The notes below the pieces were generated by a model that saw nothing but the letters and a program-made list of their open reading frames with translations, was not told the origin of the DNA and searched no databases. A stretch of 64,000 bases of DNA. Origin: Spartobacteria bacterium (GTDB taxonomy: Bacteria > Verrucomicrobiota > Verrucomicrobiia > Chthoniobacterales > UBA6821). Both the position numbers and the translations under genes were made by a program. This document shows, piece by piece, positions 1 through 8,319 of the stretch (position 1 is the stretch's first letter; every line of letters starts with the position of its first letter). Where the stretch lies: positions 1,922 to 65,921 of the forward strand of contig CANKJN010000003.1 of the NCBI GenBank assembly GCA_947482345.1, read 5' to 3'.

Positions 1-363
1 CTCGACTATCAGGATATCCGCAACCTTGCTTCCAGCCATGTCCCGACACACGTCGTCGTCGGCTACCTCCGCTCCACCCAGCGGGTCTACAACTTCAGCT
101 ACGCCCAACTTGCCGGCCTCAAGGCCGCCGGTGCCAAGCCCCATCTCCTCAACTACCTGACTGAGACGCAGGGATTCTACGGGAACAACCAACCACCCAA
201 GCAGGGCGGCAAGGTCCCCAAGTATGTGAAGGACAACTCCAAGCTGAATCAGGATCAGCAGCCCTTCTTCTACAACGCCCCCCTGATCGACGACTGGTAT
301 GACTCGGCCTACACCGAGTCCTGCTACAGTCCCTTCTCCTTCGACACGGGCGGGGGCGGTTAG
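1..363 (+). CDS. C-terminal fragment of a hypothetical protein (5' end lies outside the window)
   Basis: Frame 1 is open from base 1 to TAG at 361-363. Codon usage is GC3-rich like neighbouring genes. No recognisable motif. Confidence 0.45.
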   Translation, partial: LDYQDIRNLASSHVPTHVVVGYLRSTQRVYNFSYAQLAGLKAAGAKPHLLNYLTETQGFYGNNQPPKQGGKVPKYVKDNSKLNQDQQPFFYNAPLIDDWYDSAYTESCYSPFSFDTGGGG

Positions 364-416
364 TCCCTGGCGTCGTCGATCACTCCGTCGATCCATACCC
401 CGCACGACCGACCGGG

Positions 417-995
417 ATGAAGCGTGGCAGGGGTCTCCAGCTTTTCCGGGATCTTCACACACCGCTGGTCCATCTGGTGGGGGATCATCTCAAGGGCCGT
501 GTGGAGACACGGGCTGACCGACTCGGCCGGAACAGGGAACTGGACCATGTCTGGATCAGTATGGATCCCGGGCTTTCAGTCCGCGTCATGGTCTCGGTGA
601 ATACCTTCTCGATTCGCAACGCCGCGGCGGGGTTCGATCCCAGGGTCCGCCTCGGGTTGATGCGCGGCACATGGGATCGCCTCCCCGAGCGCGGCATCAA
701 CGAGTGTCACCGCTTCAGTTATGAGGAGATTCCGGAAATCGGTTCCGTTGATTTCCTTCCGATGGAGAGGGTGTTTTTGGAGTCGATGATCCTCGATCGG
801 GTGCATCAGGCGATCCTTCTGGAGGCATGGGGGACTCCCTACCACCGCGAGATTTCGGGGATTCATCAGATTCACAGCAGAAGGGGAAGCTGCGCCGTGT
901 CCGAATCGATCGAGGGAAGGGACGGGGCCCTGAGATTCTATTTCCGCGAGGAACAACGCATGGAGACCCTCCTCTTCAAGTTCTGCGGGCAGTGA
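417..995 (+). CDS. Hypothetical protein, possibly DUF2278/YukJ-like
   Basis: 192-aa ORF with GC3-rich codons. The C-terminal stretch GIHQIHS...GRDGALRFYF resembles the YukJ-family GIHDIH...QDGAL region, judged from memory only. The start codon is uncertain. Confidence 0.45.
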   Translation: MKRGRGLQLFRDLHTPLVHLVGDHLKGRVETRADRLGRNRELDHVWISMDPGLSVRVMVSVNTFSIRNAAAGFDPRVRLGLMRGTWDRLPERGINECHRFSYEEIPEIGSVDFLPMERVFLESMILDRVHQAILLEAWGTPYHREISGIHQIHSRRGSCAVSESIEGRDGALRFYFREEQRMETLLFKFCGQ

Positions 996-3286
996 GGGAG
1001 ATCCCGATCCTGAAGCAACGCTTTCCCTTCGCGGGACTGCTGTTGGCCGCCATGGCGGGCATCCTGCTCTCCTCGTGGTTGGGTGCGGGGTGGCCCTTGG
1101 TGATCGCCTTGGTGCTGCTTTCACTTCCCCTGGTGATCTTCCGTAGGCGAGGCGGTCTCTGCTGGGCTCTGGTGCTATCCCTCTTCTCTCTCCTGCAACT
1201 CTGGAACTGGCAGGAATCCCCCGCAAGGAAGCTGGCCGTGTGGCTTGATGAGCATCCGGGGGAGTTTCACGTCGAGGGGATTGTCTCGGGGGAACCGAAG
1301 GTCTCCTCCCCGGGAAGCGTCACCTTTCCGATGCGGCTCGGGTCTCTCGTTCCAATCGGGACGAACGAGTCTTCGGAGCAGGCAGGGAAACCGGTCACCA
1401 TTCCCGTCGAGGTCCAGGTGAAATGGTCCGGAGTGATGCCGCGATACGGGGACATGGTCGGCTTTCAGGCCATTCCGTCCCGTCCGGCGCTTCCGCGCAA
1501 TCCCGGCGCGATGGATTACCGGCGATGGCTGGAGCGGCACGGCATCCATACGCAGTTCCGAATCGATCCATCCGAACCGGGGGCGATCCTCTCTTCCGGA
1601 CATGGGAATCCCCTGATTGCCTGGGCGATCTCGTCACGTCAGCGGATGGAGGCGATCCTCGCCGTGGACATGGGGGATTCCGCCGAGGTGCTCAGCGCCA
1701 TCAAGGGAATCACGCTCGGTGTCACGGAGAACTCTCCGGAGGGATTCACGGACGACTTCCGCTTCACCGGAACGATGCATCTCTTCTCGGTCTCGGGACT
1801 CCATGTCGGCATGCTGGCCGTGATCATCTGGTTCGTGTTGAAGGCGGCCCGCATTCCCAGGGGTTGGGCCGTGGCGCTGACCATTCCCGTACTCTTCTTC
1901 TACGTCGCGGTGACGGGACTCAAGTCGGGGAGTGTCAGGAGCGCAACCATGGCCTCGATCATGCTCGTCGGGCTTGTCCTCCACAGGAGGTCCCCGATGA
2001 TCAACACGCTGGCCGCATCGGCCTTCCTGCAGCTTGCGATCGATCCGAACATCCTCTTCTCCGCCGGGTGGCAATTCTCCTACACGGTGGTGTTCGCCAT
2101 TCTGGTGGCTGCGGGGCCGATTGAGCGATGGATCGCCTCAAGGCATGCTCCCGATCCCTTCATCCCCCCGAAGCTGCTGACCCGGCGGGAGCGCCTTGGA
2201 TTTGACACCTGGAATCACCTTGCCGGCCTTGCAGCCGTCTCGGCCGCCGCATGGATCGGATCGCTGGTGCCGACGATCGCCTACTTCCATCTCGTCTCGC
2301 TCTCAGCCTTCGGGGCCAACCTCCTTGCCGTTCCGCTTGCCTTCGGTGTCCTTTCCCTCGGGATGCTCTCCCTTCTCGGCGGCTCCGTCTCGCTCTGGGT
2401 GGCGGGTGCCTTCAACAATGCCAACTGGCTGGTCACCAAGCTTCTGCTCCTTGTGGTCCAGGTGAGTGCCATGATGCCAGGAGGTCACTGGTTTGTTGGT
2501 CCCCCTGGGAAGCCCTTTCCCGTGATGACGATTCTCGACCTGCGGGGAGCCTCCTGCGCGGTGATCCGGAGTGGCGGTGACTTTGCCATGATCGATGCCG
2601 GGCGCCGTCGTGACGCCATCTCCACGATCCTTCCCTTTCTCGAATCAATCGGAGCCAACTCCGTTCGGAGCGCCCTGATCACGAAGTCCGATGCCGCGCA
2701 TCTCGGGGGACTTGCGGAGATCATGCGTGAGATTCCCGTGAAAGGGACGGCTCTGCCTCCGGGAGACGGACGATCCCCCGTGGCCAAAAAGTTCCAGGCA
2801 GACGGGAGGAAAGTGCGTCGGGTGCAGGCGGGGGAAGAGTTGGCATTGTCCCCTGGCGTGACCGCCTCGATCCTCGCCGCCGCTCCCGGGAAGGATCGTG
2901 ACTCCCTGATTACCAGGGTGACGATGGGGGAAGTGAGGATCCTCATCCTTCCCCGGCTTTTCGGAGGAATCTCCGAACTGGTGATGAAGCTTCCCGATCA
3001 GGAACTCCATGCCGATGTACTGGTTCTTCCGTTGGGCGGTTCGGAGATGTCGGCAACTTTGGGTGTGATCCGCAAGGTCTCTCCGCGTGTCGTGGTCTCG
3101 ACCGTCGATGCCCTGAACCGTAACGGGAAACCAAGCGGTGAATGGAAGGGTGTGCTTCGTGAGGAGGGGATCACGCTCCTCCGCCAGGATGAGACGGGGG
3201 CGGTGATTCTGGAGGCCGATCCGAAAGCTCCCAGGGCAGTTCCCTTTCTAGGGGAACCGCTGATTAAATCCCATGAAGGCCGCTGA
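992..3286 (+). CDS. comEC: ComEC/Rec2 DNA internalisation competence protein (DUF4131 + ComEC core + metallo-beta-lactamase-like C-terminus)
   Basis: Polytopic membrane core with the motif FRFTGTMHLFSVSGLHVG and a C-terminal beta-lactamase-like domain. A GTG at 992 overlaps the upstream stop (GTGA); an alternative ATG lies at 1052. The last 12 codons and the stop lie inside the IS terminus at 3248-3290. Confidence 0.85.
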   Translation: MREIPILKQRFPFAGLLLAAMAGILLSSWLGAGWPLVIALVLLSLPLVIFRRRGGLCWALVLSLFSLLQLWNWQESPARKLAVWLDEHPGEFHVEGIVSGEPKVSSPGSVTFPMRLGSLVPIGTNESSEQAGKPVTIPVEVQVKWSGVMPRYGDMVGFQAIPSRPALPRNPGAMDYRRWLERHGIHTQFRIDPSEPGAILSSGHGNPLIAWAISSRQRMEAILAVDMGDSAEVLSAIKGITLGVTENSPEGFTDDFRFTGTMHLFSVSGLHVGMLAVIIWFVLKAARIPRGWAVALTIPVLFFYVAVTGLKSGSVRSATMASIMLVGLVLHRRSPMINTLAASAFLQLAIDPNILFSAGWQFSYTVVFAILVAAGPIERWIASRHAPDPFIPPKLLTRRERLGFDTWNHLAGLAAVSAAAWIGSLVPTIAYFHLVSLSAFGANLLAVPLAFGVLSLGMLSLLGGSVSLWVAGAFNNANWLVTKLLLLVVQVSAMMPGGHWFVGPPGKPFPVMTILDLRGASCAVIRSGGDFAMIDAGRRRDAISTILPFLESIGANSVRSALITKSDAAHLGGLAEIMREIPVKGTALPPGDGRSPVAKKFQADGRKVRRVQAGEELALSPGVTASILAAAPGKDRDSLITRVTMGEVRILILPRLFGGISELVMKLPDQELHADVLVLPLGGSEMSATLGVIRKVSPRVVVSTVDALNRNGKPSGEWKGVLREEGITLLRQDETGAVILEADPKAPRAVPFLGEPLIKSHEGR

Positions 3287-3750
3287 AGAGCAATTGTTTA
3301 GGGTCTTATGTAGTTGAGAGAGGGTACTGGCGGAGGTGTTTGAGTAGGATGGGGTAGATTTTACGATGTCTGTGGTTCCAACGCCACTCGCATTCTTTGA
3401 GATGGATGAGGAACTTTTCCTTACGGATGCTACGGAGTTTTAGGAGGCGGTGTTTGGCGAAGCTCCAGAAGGATTCGATGCCAATAACGTGATTCTTACC
3501 CCGAGCGAACTGTTTTTCATGATGGTGAACTCGATGATGCTGGTAACCATTGGTTACCAGCCCGTCATAAGCCTTCCATCAATCCGTATAGACATTACTG
3601 CTTGAGAGAACGTGTCCCTTGAGGATCGGCATCAGCTCTTGCTTGGAGCAATTCTTCACCACACTGACGAAGACCCGATCGCCGCGTTTATGGAGCCCCA
3701 AGAAAGGGATCTTACCCCCGGCACCACGGCCTCGCTTGCCTCGTACTCTG
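3248..3750 (-). mobile_element. 5'-truncated IS1595-family (ISXO2-like) element remnant with one intact terminus
   Basis: The terminus CTAGGGGAACCGCTGATTAAATCCCATGAAGGCCGCTGAAGAGCA lies at 3248-3290. It is followed by the transposase C-terminal half on the minus strand. Homology stops abruptly near 3750, next to the HlyD stop. Confidence 0.7.
3306..3750 (-). pseudogene. IS1595-family DDE transposase, C-terminal half only, with an in-frame TGA
   Basis: Manual minus-strand translation gives RGKRGRGAGGKIPFLGLHKRGDRVFVSVV...NVYTD*WKAYDGL...HVIGIESFWSFAKHRLLKLRSIRKEKFLIHLKECEWRWNHR. The stop replaces the expected residue in the YTDxWKAY motif. The N-terminal third is missing. Confidence 0.75.
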
Positions 3751-3758
3751 CATTAAAG

Positions 3759-4736
3759 CTATTTTCTTGAGATTTCGGATAGGCTTGCGCTGTGCGCTGA
3801 GCGCGGATGTCCTTCCACAAGAAGATCCATCTGCTGGCCCACAAAAAGCGTTTTTGTCGGTGCGACCACTTGATAAATCACCTGAAGAACCCGCGTGTCC
3901 ACCCTCTCGCGCGGATCCCCTGTGAGCGAGCGTTTCGGGACCACCAATGGCTCAAAACGGACAAACTGAAGATCGAACCGATCGTTCGCATTGCCGCGAG
4001 GAGTGGCCGTGGCTCGGGCACCGGCAGCAAGTCGCGGTATGTCAAACTCATCCACATCTCCCCGGACGTGCAGGGGCTCGGTGGAACCGAGCAGAAGACG
4101 CGGTTCTCCGGAGCCACTCGCGTCAAGGAATTCACCTGGCCGCATCCGAGTTTGAAGAATAGTCCCATTCTTTGGGGCGCGGATCGTGCTGCGATCAATC
4201 TCCGTTTCGACCGAAGCGACCTCTGCACGGTTGAGGCGCACCGCGGCCAAGGTCGAATCTAACTCCGCCTCCAGTTTCTCCAACTCTGAAACCCTGTCAT
4301 CACGGTCTTGCGACGCAATGGTTCCGGCATTTGCCAACCGACACGAAGTCAGGGCGCGACGGCGTGCCTGCTCCAGAAGCTTTTGAATCACTGTCACCTG
4401 TTTTTCAGTCTGTTCGACCCGTGCCAATGCCACCGAGCGCTGCGCATCCAAATGCCGGTGATCGAGAACAAAAAGCGCCTGATTGGCCTCAACTCTTTCT
4501 CCGGCTGCGACCAGCACGGAGGCAACGACTCCTGGAAAGGGGCTCCCAATGGCAATGCTTTCTGAGTTTGGCTCGATAATTCCGACAGCCGCAACGGTGT
4601 GCTCGAACAGGGATTGCGGAGGTGGAACAGCTGGCTCCGTTAACTCTTGTTTAGGCTGCGTGCTCAGGATGGCCACGGCAGAAATCCCGACCGATGCAAG
4701 ACCTACTAAGGAAAGAATAATGGTAGTGGGCTTCAT
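3759..4736 (-). CDS. HlyD/DevB-family membrane fusion (periplasmic adaptor) protein
   Basis: N-terminal TM anchor, coiled-coil middle and beta-barrel-like C-terminus. 4-nt overlap with the upstream ABC ATPase gene. Confidence 0.75.
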   Translation of the reverse strand: MKPTTIILSLVGLASVGISAVAILSTQPKQELTEPAVPPPQSLFEHTVAAVGIIEPNSESIAIGSPFPGVVASVLVAAGERVEANQALFVLDHRHLDAQRSVALARVEQTEKQVTVIQKLLEQARRRALTSCRLANAGTIASQDRDDRVSELEKLEAELDSTLAAVRLNRAEVASVETEIDRSTIRAPKNGTILQTRMRPGEFLDASGSGEPRLLLGSTEPLHVRGDVDEFDIPRLAAGARATATPRGNANDRFDLQFVRFEPLVVPKRSLTGDPRERVDTRVLQVIYQVVAPTKTLFVGQQMDLLVEGHPRSAHSASLSEISRK

Positions 4737-5491
4737 GGTTGATTCAGTGATTCGATCTTTTTGGACGAGCGGATGAGACCGTCTTCCATCTCGATAATCC
4801 GATGCGCAAAGTGAAAAACCCGACTGTCATGCGTGACCACGATCACCGCGCGATCAGGATGAATTGCAGAAGTGGCGAGACGTTCCATGACCGATTCTCC
4901 GCTGCGGTGATCTAAGGCCGCTGTCGGCTCGTCGCAGATAATCAAGCGTGGCTCATGCACAAGAGCTCGCGCAAGAGCGACCCTTTGCTGCTGACCTCCC
5001 GAGAGAAGTTGAGGAACGAGCTCTGTGCGGTGCGCCAGCCCCAGATGGGTCAAGACCTCGCGCGCCTTGCCGATCGCGTTTTCGCGCCCCCAACCCGCCG
5101 CAACCAAAGGCACGGCGACATTCTCTGCGGCGGTGAAGGCCGGGAGCAGGTTATACTGCTGGAAAACAAACCCCAAGTACTGGCGTCGAAAAAGAATCCG
5201 CTCTCGCGGGGCAAGGAGGCTGAGCCTTTCTCCAAAGAGGCTCACCGTTCCAGAATCAGGCGCGAGCAGGCCGGCGATTATAGATATCAGGGTGGTTTTT
5301 CCGCAGCCTGATGGCCCAACAAGGAATGTCATTTCGCCCAAAGCAGCCATGAAATTCACCCCACGGAGAACATCGACTTTGGCCTCTCCCTCGCCAAATG
5401 ATTTCCAGATCGAGGCGCACGTGACCGCGCCAGTTAAGTCAGGAACGGAAGACATCGGCAGGCTCCAGGTTGAGGACTTTTTTGAAGGCAA
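4733..5491 (-). CDS. ABC transporter ATP-binding protein (DevA/MacB-ATPase/LolD-like)
   Basis: Walker A GPSGCGKTT, signature LSGGQQQRVALARAL and Walker B LIICDEPTAALD. The start is uncertain (5491 or 5455). Confidence 0.85.
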   Translation of the reverse strand: MPSKKSSTWSLPMSSVPDLTGAVTCASIWKSFGEGEAKVDVLRGVNFMAALGEMTFLVGPSGCGKTTLISIIAGLLAPDSGTVSLFGERLSLLAPRERILFRRQYLGFVFQQYNLLPAFTAAENVAVPLVAAGWGRENAIGKAREVLTHLGLAHRTELVPQLLSGGQQQRVALARALVHEPRLIICDEPTAALDHRSGESVMERLATSAIHPDRAVIVVTHDSRVFHFAHRIIEMEDGLIRSSKKIESLNQP

Positions 5492-6572
5492 ATCCTGCTG
5501 TGATAAGGGTGATCAACCCGATGCTTATGCAGCACAGCAGTGTAACCTGCCACGGCAGGTAGAGAGATCGAAAAAATGGCATCGTTGCCGCCGAAAAGCT
5601 GGTGCCAACGGCAAGCATCGTGCCTAGAGCAAGCCCAAGGACGACAACGATTCCAGCCATCGTGGCCACCATGACCGCCAATTGCCCGTGCGTGAATCCG
5701 AGCACTTTCAGAGTCGTGAAAGCGCGGGCATTCTCTTTGACAAACATCAGAAAAGTCTGCCCTGAAAATGCGGCACCAACGATCAGCCCGACGGTGATGG
5801 TGATGTAGAAGAGGTGTGGCACTCCCTGGTCCATGTAGAACCGGGAACTGGCCTCCTCAAACTCCTCGCGGGTCAACGCTTTCCAACCAGTCGCCGCACG
5901 AATCTCGCGCGTCACTTTCCCCCGATCCGCGTCGGCTTCGAATCGACCGACAACAAATGTTGTGCAACGGCTTTCGGCCCGATTAAGTTGGATGGCAGTG
6001 GAATGACTTACATGAATGATCGGAAATCCGGTAAAAGGAGGTGACGCGTTGCTGACTCCTTTGATTTGCAGCCATTTATCATGGATGCGAATCCTCATTC
6101 CGGGGCGAAAAGTCTCGCCGGGATACAGGAGGGCCATGCCGCCTGGATCGATAACTGCGGAATCGCGCTCGTCAAGGACCGAACTGTCGCCGATGTTCAT
6201 CCGCGGTTCCCCAACCTTGCTCTGCTCCGGCACTCCCAAGATGGTGACGCTACTCAGTTTTCCGGCTTCCGTGCGGGCGGGTGCATCTACCTTGAGCAAG
6301 GTCAAGGCCCACTTCACGCCAGGAAAACCGCGCACAATCTCAGCTGCCGTGTCTTTGAGTGGCTTAGCCTGATCAAAGCATTCGGTTGAGGAATCCATCA
6401 CCCAAAGATCGGCTTCCCGCACATCGCGAATCTGGGAGTCGGACATGGCGAGGAAACTAACAAGAAACGAGGCTTGGTTTTGCGTCAGAAATGCCGCCAT
6501 AGCAATGGCCAAGACCATCGCAAGAAACTTTGGACCATCATGACTCAACATCGTAAAGGCCATCGAAATCAT
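5439..6572 (-). CDS. ABC exporter permease, FtsX/DevC-like
   Basis: N-terminal TM, a large periplasmic domain and three C-terminal TM helices, typical of DevC/MacB-type permeases. In an operon with the ATPase and adaptor genes. Confidence 0.75.
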   Translation of the reverse strand: MISMAFTMLSHDGPKFLAMVLAIAMAAFLTQNQASFLVSFLAMSDSQIRDVREADLWVMDSSTECFDQAKPLKDTAAEIVRGFPGVKWALTLLKVDAPARTEAGKLSSVTILGVPEQSKVGEPRMNIGDSSVLDERDSAVIDPGGMALLYPGETFRPGMRIRIHDKWLQIKGVSNASPPFTGFPIIHVSHSTAIQLNRAESRCTTFVVGRFEADADRGKVTREIRAATGWKALTREEFEEASSRFYMDQGVPHLFYITITVGLIVGAAFSGQTFLMFVKENARAFTTLKVLGFTHGQLAVMVATMAGIVVVLGLALGTMLAVGTSFSAATMPFFRSLYLPWQVTLLCCISIGLITLITAGFAFKKVLNLEPADVFRS

Positions 6573-7219
6573 CGCCCTCTGTCCTCCTTGGTTTTGGCTG
6601 TTGGCTTTTTTATCGGTCCCTTGATTTTCATATTAAATGCAGTGCAGATCCATGTTTGGAAAAGCCGGGAGGACGCCCGCCAGTCCAGGCCAGGATCGCA
6701 CGCCATCCGGGATATCAGCCCGTCAATGCACGCGATCATGAAGACGGCCCCCTCGTGCGGCTTGATGGATCCGTCAATCTCGCCCCTCTCAATAGCAAAG
6801 CAGATCAGCGTTTCGATGCGCTTAGTAAGCACTGCATAGTATTTCTTAAGTACAAGAGCAATTTCGGGGTTGGTGGAGGCCTCAGCCGTGATTTGCAAGA
6901 ACATGGCGAGCTCATCTCGATTCGCGCACCCCTGCTCTGCGATCGAGCCAAGGGTGGAAATCACATCAGAGAAAGGCATCGCAGGAGGAATTTCCGCCAC
7001 CGCTGCCTCCCAGCGGGCGCGATCCAGATCAATAATGCCCTTGATGATCGCTTCTTTGGAATCGAAGTATCCGTAGAGCGCACCAACGCTGAGAGACTGG
7101 AATTCGCAGAGGTCGCGCATTGAAGTGCTGTGGAAGCCCTTTCGGGCGAAGCAGCGCATGCACCCATCGAGGATGGCGAGCTTCTGCTTTTCGTAACGTT
7201 CGGAAGTGAGCTTAGGCAT
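6569..7219 (-). CDS. TetR/AcrR-family transcriptional regulator
   Basis: N-terminal HTH FARKGFHSTSMRDLCEFQSLSVGALYGYFDSKEAII. The ATG at 7219 is preferred over the ORF-track start at 7273. 4-nt overlap with the permease start. Confidence 0.85.
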   Translation of the reverse strand: MPKLTSERYEKQKLAILDGCMRCFARKGFHSTSMRDLCEFQSLSVGALYGYFDSKEAIIKGIIDLDRARWEAAVAEIPPAMPFSDVISTLGSIAEQGCANRDELAMFLQITAEASTNPEIALVLKKYYAVLTKRIETLICFAIERGEIDGSIKPHEGAVFMIACIDGLISRMACDPGLDWRASSRLFQTWICTAFNMKIKGPIKKPTAKTKEDRGR

Positions 7220-7240
7220 GGAGATTGGTGGAATATAAAA

Positions 7241-7254
7241 AACGAATGTTCGTT
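7241..7254. promoter_or_regulatory. Candidate TetR operator palindrome AACGAA-TG-TTCGTT
   Basis: Perfect 6-2-6 inverted repeat 22-35 nt upstream of the TetR ATG. It is adjacent to a TATATT -10-like hexamer on the minus strand. Confidence 0.4.
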
Positions 7255-7443
7255 CTGTATTTTGAGAAGTCAAAGCTTTATTCTAATTTTTTCAAGATGA
7301 GATGTATTTTGCTTCATTGTGTGAATTGCAAGAAACCCCACCATCGAAACAAGCCTTGTCAAGAAGGCTAAAGAAATTGTCAACAGGACCAAATGCGCTG
7401 CCACTCTTTGCCTCTGTCAGTCAGTTTTGCTCCCCGTATTCAT

Positions 7444-7800
7444 GGGAGCCTTCCCTTTTCGGAAGGCAAATTCAGCCGCCTTGGCGCATTCCAGCGGATC
7501 GAGAAGGCCGATATTGAGCATTGGGGAAATGATCGAGTGGAACATGTCGGGCTCCCCCTCGATCATCAGGTCCTGCCAGGTGCCGAAGTGTGGGAGCCGC
7601 TCTTCCACGAAGTGCTCCATCCATTTCAGGGATTCCTCCCGTGTCACGGGAAGGGCGAAGTCCGCGGCTTTGTCGGGTGCATCCGGAAAACAGACTTCCA
7701 GGTCGGTCGCGACCTCCCGGGTGATGGGGTCCTGTTCCGGTCTTGGAAGTGCCCGTGGGCGTGGTGAACCGGCCTTCTTCGAATCGCGGAGCGTACCGTC
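7444..7800 (-). pseudogene. Internal fragment of a second photolyase/cryptochrome-like gene (paralogous to 8955-9315)
   Basis: About 357 bp align with the intact gene at 8320-9864 with scattered substitutions (protein ...SPRPRALPRPEQD.ITREVATDLE.CFPDAP...). It has no start region and no C-terminal half. Confidence 0.8.
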
Positions 7801-7965
7801 GTCTCGACCGTCGATGCTTTGAACAGGAACGGAACTCCCAGTTCTGAATGGAAGGGTGTGCTTCTTGAGGAGGGGATCACGCTCCTCCGCCAAGATGAAA
7901 CAGGGGCGGTGATTCTGGAGGCGGATCCCAAAGCTCCCAGAGCAGCCCCCGTGGCCATTCCGTTT
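7801..7965 (+). pseudogene. Duplicated, diverged comEC 3'-end fragment
   Basis: Encodes ...EWKGVLLEEGITLLRQDETGAVILEADPKAPRA..., matching the comEC C-terminus at 3093-3247. It is joined directly to the photolyase fragment on its left and to the MITE terminus on its right. Confidence 0.8.
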
Positions 7966-8288
7966 CTAGGGGAACCGCTGATTAAATCCCATGAAGGCCG
8001 CTGAAGAGCATTTGCTGATTTTTGAAGGCGCGAGCGCTGGGCGATACCCGCAGCGGTCTCGCCCGAGCGAGCAACGTCACAAAAATCGACAAATGGCTTC
8101 AGCCCTACGGGTTGCGGAGATCCAAGCCAAAGGCCACAAAGCCTTTGGCTTCGTGGCGTGGCACGGGGACCAACTGTGTTGGCTTGGCGCTTACAGCCCA
8201 CTGCGGGGATGCTCGCGCCAAGCCGCCTTGCCCGCGGCCCATTCTTCCCGCAACGGCCTCTATGCGATTTAATCAGCGATTCCCAACA
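7966..8288 (+). mobile_element. MITE-like non-autonomous element sharing termini with the IS1595-type remnant (copy M1)
   Basis: Left end CTAGGGGAACCGCTGATTAAATC, right end GATTTAATCAGCGATTCCC (inverted). The first ~45 bp are identical to the IS end at 3248-3290. There is no credible ORF. A second copy lies at 35364-35645 in inverted orientation. Confidence 0.75.
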
Positions 8289-8319
8289 TCGCGAATCAAC
8301 CGGTTCCGCTTGATCGGGT

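Noticed and set aside
7819-8004. The 61-aa ORF here and the 71-aa ORF at 23987-24202, considered as real small genes.
   Set aside because: They are the duplicated 3' fragments of comEC and groEL, fused to unrelated upstream sequence, so they are treated as pseudogene fragments.
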